Source of the DNA: an uncultured Victivallales bacterium
GTDB taxonomy: Bacteria; Verrucomicrobiota; Lentisphaeria; Oligosphaerales; JABHEG01
Reading direction: 5' to 3'
Length of the DNA stretch: 64,000 nucleotides
Assembly (NCBI GenBank): GCA_964607765.1
Contig: CAZSNT010000035.1
Span: 1,103 to 65,102 of the forward strand
Shown here: positions 62,898 to 64,000 of the stretch, piece after piece
How the letters are laid out: the number at the start of each line of letters is the position of its first letter
How positions within the stretch are numbered: the stretch's first letter is position 1
The notes under the pieces: generated by a model
Database searches by the model: none
What the model was told of the DNA's origin: nothing
What the model saw: the letters and a program-made list of their open reading frames with translations, nothing else
Program-made: the position numbers and the translations under genes

Positions 62898-64000
62898 ATG
62901 CAAGACGCCCCAATCGCTGCGCCCCCCAACATCGTCCTCATCCTCACGGACGACCAAGGCATCGGCCAGGCGCCGTGCTTCGCCGACGGGCTGAGTGTGG
63001 ATGACCTGATCGCCACGCCAACGCCGCGCTACCGCTGCGCCCCGGGGCGGGCGTTGGCCGCCGCCCGAGACGCGATGCCGGCCCTCGGTGCGATCGCGAA
63101 CGACGGCGTCGTGTGCACCGATGCGCACGTCAGCTCGCCGGTATGCGGGCCCTCACGCTGCGCGCTGATGACCGGCCGGTACAACCAGCGATTCGGCGTG
63201 TACGGCAATGCCGATGCCAACCAGGGACTGCCGACGACCGAAACCTGTCTCGCCGCGCCGCTCCAGGCGGCGGGTTACGAGACCGCCGTGATCGGCAAGT
63301 GGCACTTGGGCAAACGCACGTGGCAGAAGGTGGATTCGGACAGCCGCGACTATCATCGCACGGCAACCGTGGGATGCATCCCCGAGCATCATCCGCTGGC
63401 GCGCGGGTTCGACTACTACTTCGGCTTCAACAGCACGGGCACGTCCTACTACGACAGTCCGAGCCTGTTCCGCAACCGGACGCGCGTCCGGGCCGAAGGG
63501 TTCCTGACCGATCAGCTCAGCGAAGAGGCCGTAGCCTTCGTCAAGCGCGCCCAACGGCCCTTCTTCCTGTATCTGCCCTACAGTGCCCCGCACATTCCCC
63601 TCGAGGACAGGGCCCCCGAGCACTACAGCAACCGCTTCGACACCGGCAACGCCGAAGCCGACAACTACTACGGGCACCTGGCCGCCGTTGATGACGGCAT
63701 TGGCCGCATCGTCAGCGCGCTCAAGGCCAAGGGCCAGTACGAGAACACGCTGGTCTTCTTCCTCAGCGACAACGGTGGCGTGGTGGATTCGCCGCAGCCG
63801 CTTAATGGGCCATTCATCGGGTTCAAAGGGCGCCAGCGACAGGGCGGCTGCCGCACCCCGCTGATCGTGTCATGGCCATGTCGGTTCCCGGCCCGAACGC
63901 GCTGTGAAGCGCTTCTCTCCAGTCTCGACGTCATGCCCACTGCCCTACGAGCTGCCGGCCTGTCCCTGCCCGAAGACCTGGACGGCATCGACCTGGTCCC
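62898..64000 (+). CDS. S1 sulfatase, Cys-type, 3'-partial (not in the supplied ORF track)
   Basis: I translated it by hand. ATG 62898 has AAGGAG 7 nt upstream, and there is no stop before the window end. Motifs 'PNIVLILTDDQGIG', 'CGPSRCALMTGRYNQR', 'VIGKWHLG', 'FFLYLPYSAPHIP' and 'LVFFLSDNGG'. Confidence 0.85.
   Translation, partial: MQDAPIAAPPNIVLILTDDQGIGQAPCFADGLSVDDLIATPTPRYRCAPGRALAAARDAMPALGAIANDGVVCTDAHVSSPVCGPSRCALMTGRYNQRFGVYGNADANQGLPTTETCLAAPLQAAGYETAVIGKWHLGKRTWQKVDSDSRDYHRTATVGCIPEHHPLARGFDYYFGFNSTGTSYYDSPSLFRNRTRVRAEGFLTDQLSEEAVAFVKRAQRPFFLYLPYSAPHIPLEDRAPEHYSNRFDTGNAEADNYYGHLAAVDDGIGRIVSALKAKGQYENTLVFFLSDNGGVVDSPQPLNGPFIGFKGRQRQGGCRTPLIVSWPCRFPARTRCEALLSSLDVMPTALRAAGLSLPEDLDGIDLV

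Noticed and set aside
1-64000. tRNA, rRNA or other structured RNA genes.
   Set aside because: Coding sequence fills nearly the whole window. The few intergenic gaps (at most 320 nt) show no cloverleaf-like or rRNA-like sequence that I could recognise by eye. A tRNAscan or Infernal run would be needed to be certain.

Overview
The window is a 64-kb, high-GC stretch in which every credible gene is on the + strand: about 33 genes and gene remnants. No tRNA, rRNA, CRISPR array, transposase or integrase was recognised. I read it as one very large sulfated-glycan degradation locus. AAGGAG-type ribosome-binding sites, GC content and gene content suggest a PVC-type bacterium (Planctomycetota, Verrucomicrobiota or Kiritimatiellota), but that is inference only.

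Content:
- Six paralogous ~1,000-1,140-aa chondroitinase-ABC-like (PL8-type) lyases.
- One PL6-like beta-helix protein.
- Two canonical GH29 fucosidases and one tandem GH29-like protein.
- Two GH92 enzymes and one GH95-like glycosidase.
- Six Cys-type S1 sulfatases, one of which is missing from the supplied ORF track, plus two sulfatase N-terminal remnants.
- An ABC permease and a truncated Na+/solute symporter.
- Two families I cannot tie to known glycan chemistry. The first is three large secreted 'SAM-methyltransferase-like + beta-propeller' proteins with an invariant His/Cys cluster. The second is five uroporphyrinogen-decarboxylase (URO-D)-fold proteins in two subfamilies.

Unusual structure beyond the genes:
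- Eleven ATGA start/stop overlaps, with a possible twelfth.
- Alternating blocks of roughly 50-58% and 62-72% GC, whose edges coincide with 5' gene remnants.
- A recent tandem duplication, and a gene-conversion-like patch.
- A family of heptanucleotide (N-GCAATC) tandem arrays and palindromic elements that sit in frame inside coding sequences.

Limits: all family calls come from motif recognition by eye. Start codons, repeat boundaries and GC values (spot counts of single 60-nt lines) are approximate.
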